NCBI GenBank assembly: GCA_947501605.1
Contig: CANMWZ010000003.1
Span: forward strand, 11,746-75,745
Length of the DNA stretch: 64,000 nt
Source of the DNA: Planctomycetota bacterium
Lineage (GTDB): Bacteria; Planctomycetota; UBA1135; UBA2386
Reading direction: 5' to 3'
Shown piece after piece: positions 61,886-64,000 of the stretch. Below the pieces are notes generated by a model that did no database searches, had not been told where the DNA came from, and saw only the letters and a program-made list of their open reading frames with translations. A program made the position numbers and the translations under genes. Numbering within the stretch: position 1 is the first letter of the stretch; the number at the start of each line of letters is the position of its first letter.

Positions 61886-64000
61886 ATGAAGAAGCTCGTT
61901 CTTGCAGGCCTTTGCTGCGCCGGCGTCCTCGCGCTGCTGCCGCAGACCGGCAACGCCCACGGTGGTCAGTATCGTGGCCCTGGCGACGTTGTCCCGCCGA
62001 ACCCCGGTGGCGGTCGTGGCGGTGGCCCTGGTGGCCCCGCAACTCCTGGCCCCGGTGGCCCCGCGACCCCTGGCCCTGGCGGTCCTGCAGCGCCTGGCCC
62101 GGCCGGGCCGGCGACAGGCGGGCCAGCGGGCCCCGCGGGCGGCAAGGGCCCAACGACTGGTGGTCGAGGCATCCAACTCGAGGACGACCTCAACCTGTGG
62201 CAGTTCTGGTGGGAGTTCAACAAGGACCCGTTCATCCGCCTGCGCGACGCGATCCACAGCAGCACCGCAGTGTCGGGTAGCGACGAGTTCTATCTCGGCG
62301 CCACCCGCAAGGTCGATGCCCAGGACACGATGAGTCCTTCGGAAGAAGATCGACTCAACGTCATCCTTCCGGCATTGAAGAAGGCGATCGACTCGACCGA
62401 TGACCGCGACATCACGTCCTCGTGCATGGTCGCGATGGCCAAGGTCGGCCGCAACCACAGCGAGTTCCGCCTGCACGACGTGTTTGCCGAGCGCTTGAAG
62501 CGCGGCGACCAGGAGATCCGCGAGACAGCGGCACTGTCCTTCGGCATCGCGGCACTGCCCGAAGTCGAGAACATTGACCTGCTGGCGGGCTTGGCTCTCG
62601 ACAACGAAGTCGGCCGAAAGGCGGGCAGCGGTGGTGAAGTCAATGACCGCACGCGCTCCTTCGCCTGCTACGGCCTGGGTCTCGTCGCCCATGCCAACGC
62701 CGACGTGACCCTGAAGCGCAAGGCTTTCGACGCTCTCCGCCAAGTCGTGGACGACGACAAGAAGAGCAGCCGCAACACCAAGGTTGCCGCCATCACCGCC
62801 ATCGGGCTGCTGAACGCATCGCCCACGGGCCCCACCGCGACTCCGGTAACCGGCACAGAGACTCCTGCAGCTCCGGGCAGCGAAGACGGCCGCGCCCTGG
62901 TCGCCGAGGCTCTGAAGTGCCTTGAGGCTTACTACAATCGAGAACTCGGTTCGGGCGAGCAGGTGCTGCAATCCCATGCCCCGACTTCGATCGCCAAGCT
63001 TCTTGGTCGCGATTATCCCGACTCGAAGGTGGTCACCGACTACAAGAAGATGTTCTCCAATGACCTCGCCGACAAGGGCAAGGTGAAGCGCAGCAGCAAC
63101 GACATCCCCCGCTCGTGCGTTTTGGCGCTTGGCCAACTCTGCAGCCCGATCGACGACGAGAAGTCGGCCGACTTCGAGTTCGGCAAGCAGTTGCTCGAGA
63201 CCTGGAAGAGCAACAAGGATCTGCAGACGAAGTACTTCGCGATGCTGGCATTGGGCCAGATTGGTGGCAAGTGGTGCCGGTCGCAGCTGCTCAAGGAGTT
63301 CGACAAGGCCGGCAAGGCCATCGAGCGCCCATGGGTCGCGATGGCGATGGGCGTCTACTCGTTCAAGAAGTACGAAGCCGATCAGGCCGCAGGCCGCACG
63401 ATCGAGCTCGAAGAGGAGTTCGGCCGCACGCTGCGCGCCGGCCTCGCGGACGTCAAGGATCCGAGCGCCGTCTCTGGCCTTGCGGTCGGGCTCGGCCTCA
63501 TCCGTTACGAAGCAGCTGCCGACGACCTCCGCGACCTCTTGGTCAAGAACCGAGGCAAGGATGACCTCGCCGGCTACCTCTGCATTGGGCTCGCATTGAT
63601 GGGCGACAAGCGCGCGATGGTCGACATTCGCGACATCGCCGAGAAGGCACTGCGTCGCCCCGAATTGCTGCAACAGGCAGCAGTTGCACTGGGCAAGCTT
63701 GGCGACAAGGGTGTCGCCGACGAACTGCAGAAGCTGCTCGGCGATGGCGATGCCACGCTGGCCACTTTGTCGGCAGTCGCTTCGGCGCTTGGCTTCATCG
63801 GCGATCGCCGCACGATCGAACCCTTGAAGCGCATGCTGCAGGATGAGCGCCTGACGCCGCTGTCGCGTGCGTTCGCAGCGGTTGCTCTTGGCGGCGTCGG
63901 TGACAAAGAGAAGCTGCCTTGGAACAGCAAGATTGGCGTGAACATGAACTATCGCGCCTCGGTCGAGACGCTGACGGACAAGACCGCCGGCATCCTCGAC
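61886..64000 (+). CDS. Secreted Gly/Pro-rich (collagen-like) plus HEAT-repeat protein, 3'-truncated by the window end. Not in the supplied ORF track.
   Basis: ATG 61886 is preceded by GGAG 10 nt upstream. I translated 705 consecutive codons to base 64000 without a stop. Signal peptide MKKLVLAGLCCAGVLALLPQTGNA, then a G/P-rich segment at aa 26-95 (GGPATPGPGGPATPGPGGPAAPGPAGPATGGPAGPAGG), then HEAT repeats (AAVALGKLGDKGVADELQKLLGD, SALGFIGDRRTIEPLKRML, AAVALGGVGDKE). The listed antisense ORF 61406..63673 is its shadow. Confidence 0.8.
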   Translation, partial: MKKLVLAGLCCAGVLALLPQTGNAHGGQYRGPGDVVPPNPGGGRGGGPGGPATPGPGGPATPGPGGPAAPGPAGPATGGPAGPAGGKGPTTGGRGIQLEDDLNLWQFWWEFNKDPFIRLRDAIHSSTAVSGSDEFYLGATRKVDAQDTMSPSEEDRLNVILPALKKAIDSTDDRDITSSCMVAMAKVGRNHSEFRLHDVFAERLKRGDQEIRETAALSFGIAALPEVENIDLLAGLALDNEVGRKAGSGGEVNDRTRSFACYGLGLVAHANADVTLKRKAFDALRQVVDDDKKSSRNTKVAAITAIGLLNASPTGPTATPVTGTETPAAPGSEDGRALVAEALKCLEAYYNRELGSGEQVLQSHAPTSIAKLLGRDYPDSKVVTDYKKMFSNDLADKGKVKRSSNDIPRSCVLALGQLCSPIDDEKSADFEFGKQLLETWKSNKDLQTKYFAMLALGQIGGKWCRSQLLKEFDKAGKAIERPWVAMAMGVYSFKKYEADQAAGRTIELEEEFGRTLRAGLADVKDPSAVSGLAVGLGLIRYEAAADDLRDLLVKNRGKDDLAGYLCIGLALMGDKRAMVDIRDIAEKALRRPELLQQAAVALGKLGDKGVADELQKLLGDGDATLATLSAVASALGFIGDRRTIEPLKRMLQDERLTPLSRAFAAVALGGVGDKEKLPWNSKIGVNMNYRASVETLTDKTAGILD

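Noticed and set aside
61406-63673. 755-aa minus-strand ORF, the longest listed ORF in this region
   Set aside because: It is the shadow of the plus-strand ORF 61886 to the window end. That ORF has a Shine-Dalgarno sequence, a signal peptide, HEAT repeats and lysine-containing, protein-like composition. The antisense product is Ala/Arg/Gly/Val-rich with no features.

Overview
GC-rich chromosomal window from a diderm bacterium; many products carry lipobox or Sec signal peptides. I cannot assign a phylum by eye. Because of the high GC content, the six-frame track is full of long antisense or alternate-frame shadow ORFs rich in Arg, Ala and Gly. I accepted only ORFs with recognisable family motifs or coherent composition and context.

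Most of the window is housekeeping:
- recA 3' end and alaS
- rpmF-plsX-fabH-fabG-acpP-fabF, with no fabD
- a ROK kinase, ddl, a NifU-like protein, a GH2 hydrolase, an M32 carboxypeptidase and HtrA
- a PhoB/PhoR-like two-component pair
- thiC behind a TPP riboswitch, and cvpA
- purC, mtnA, uppP, ald, a sulfatase, a PaaN-like aldehyde dehydrogenase, a PfkB kinase and an IMPase
- tRNA-Leu(CAA) and tRNA-Val(GAC)

I saw no rRNA, CRISPR array, transposase, integrase or phage genes.

The stand-out multi-gene system is a complete quinohemoprotein amine dehydrogenase (QHNDH) locus at 31982-41087. It encodes qhpF, qhpA, qhpD, qhpC, qhpB and qhpE on the minus strand, with qhpG converging on the plus strand. 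This is RiPP-like maturation machinery: a radical SAM/SPASM enzyme, a Cys-rich precursor, a subtilisin-like protease, an ABC exporter and a flavoprotein. The family is already known, so I do not claim a new system. The locus does have a rearranged gene order, no AraC-type regulator in view, three low-complexity insertions in the haem subunit, and an extra cysteine in the gamma precursor.

Candidates for uncharacterised biology:
- two large orphan proteins directly upstream of qhpG (27963-31930)
- a tightly coupled envelope operon of HEAT/TPR lipoproteins plus a flippase-like membrane protein (55732-60807)
- a long ORF missing from the supplied track (61886 to the window end) encoding a Gly/Pro-rich, collagen-like N-terminus followed by HEAT repeats
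- a LapB-like TPR/zinc-finger protein fused to a large helical-repeat domain (10876-13245)
- a coupled pair of unknown genes (48306-49969)
- a structured-looking 370-nt gap between convergent genes (52816-53186)

All functional calls rest on motif and by-eye similarity. No database search was run.
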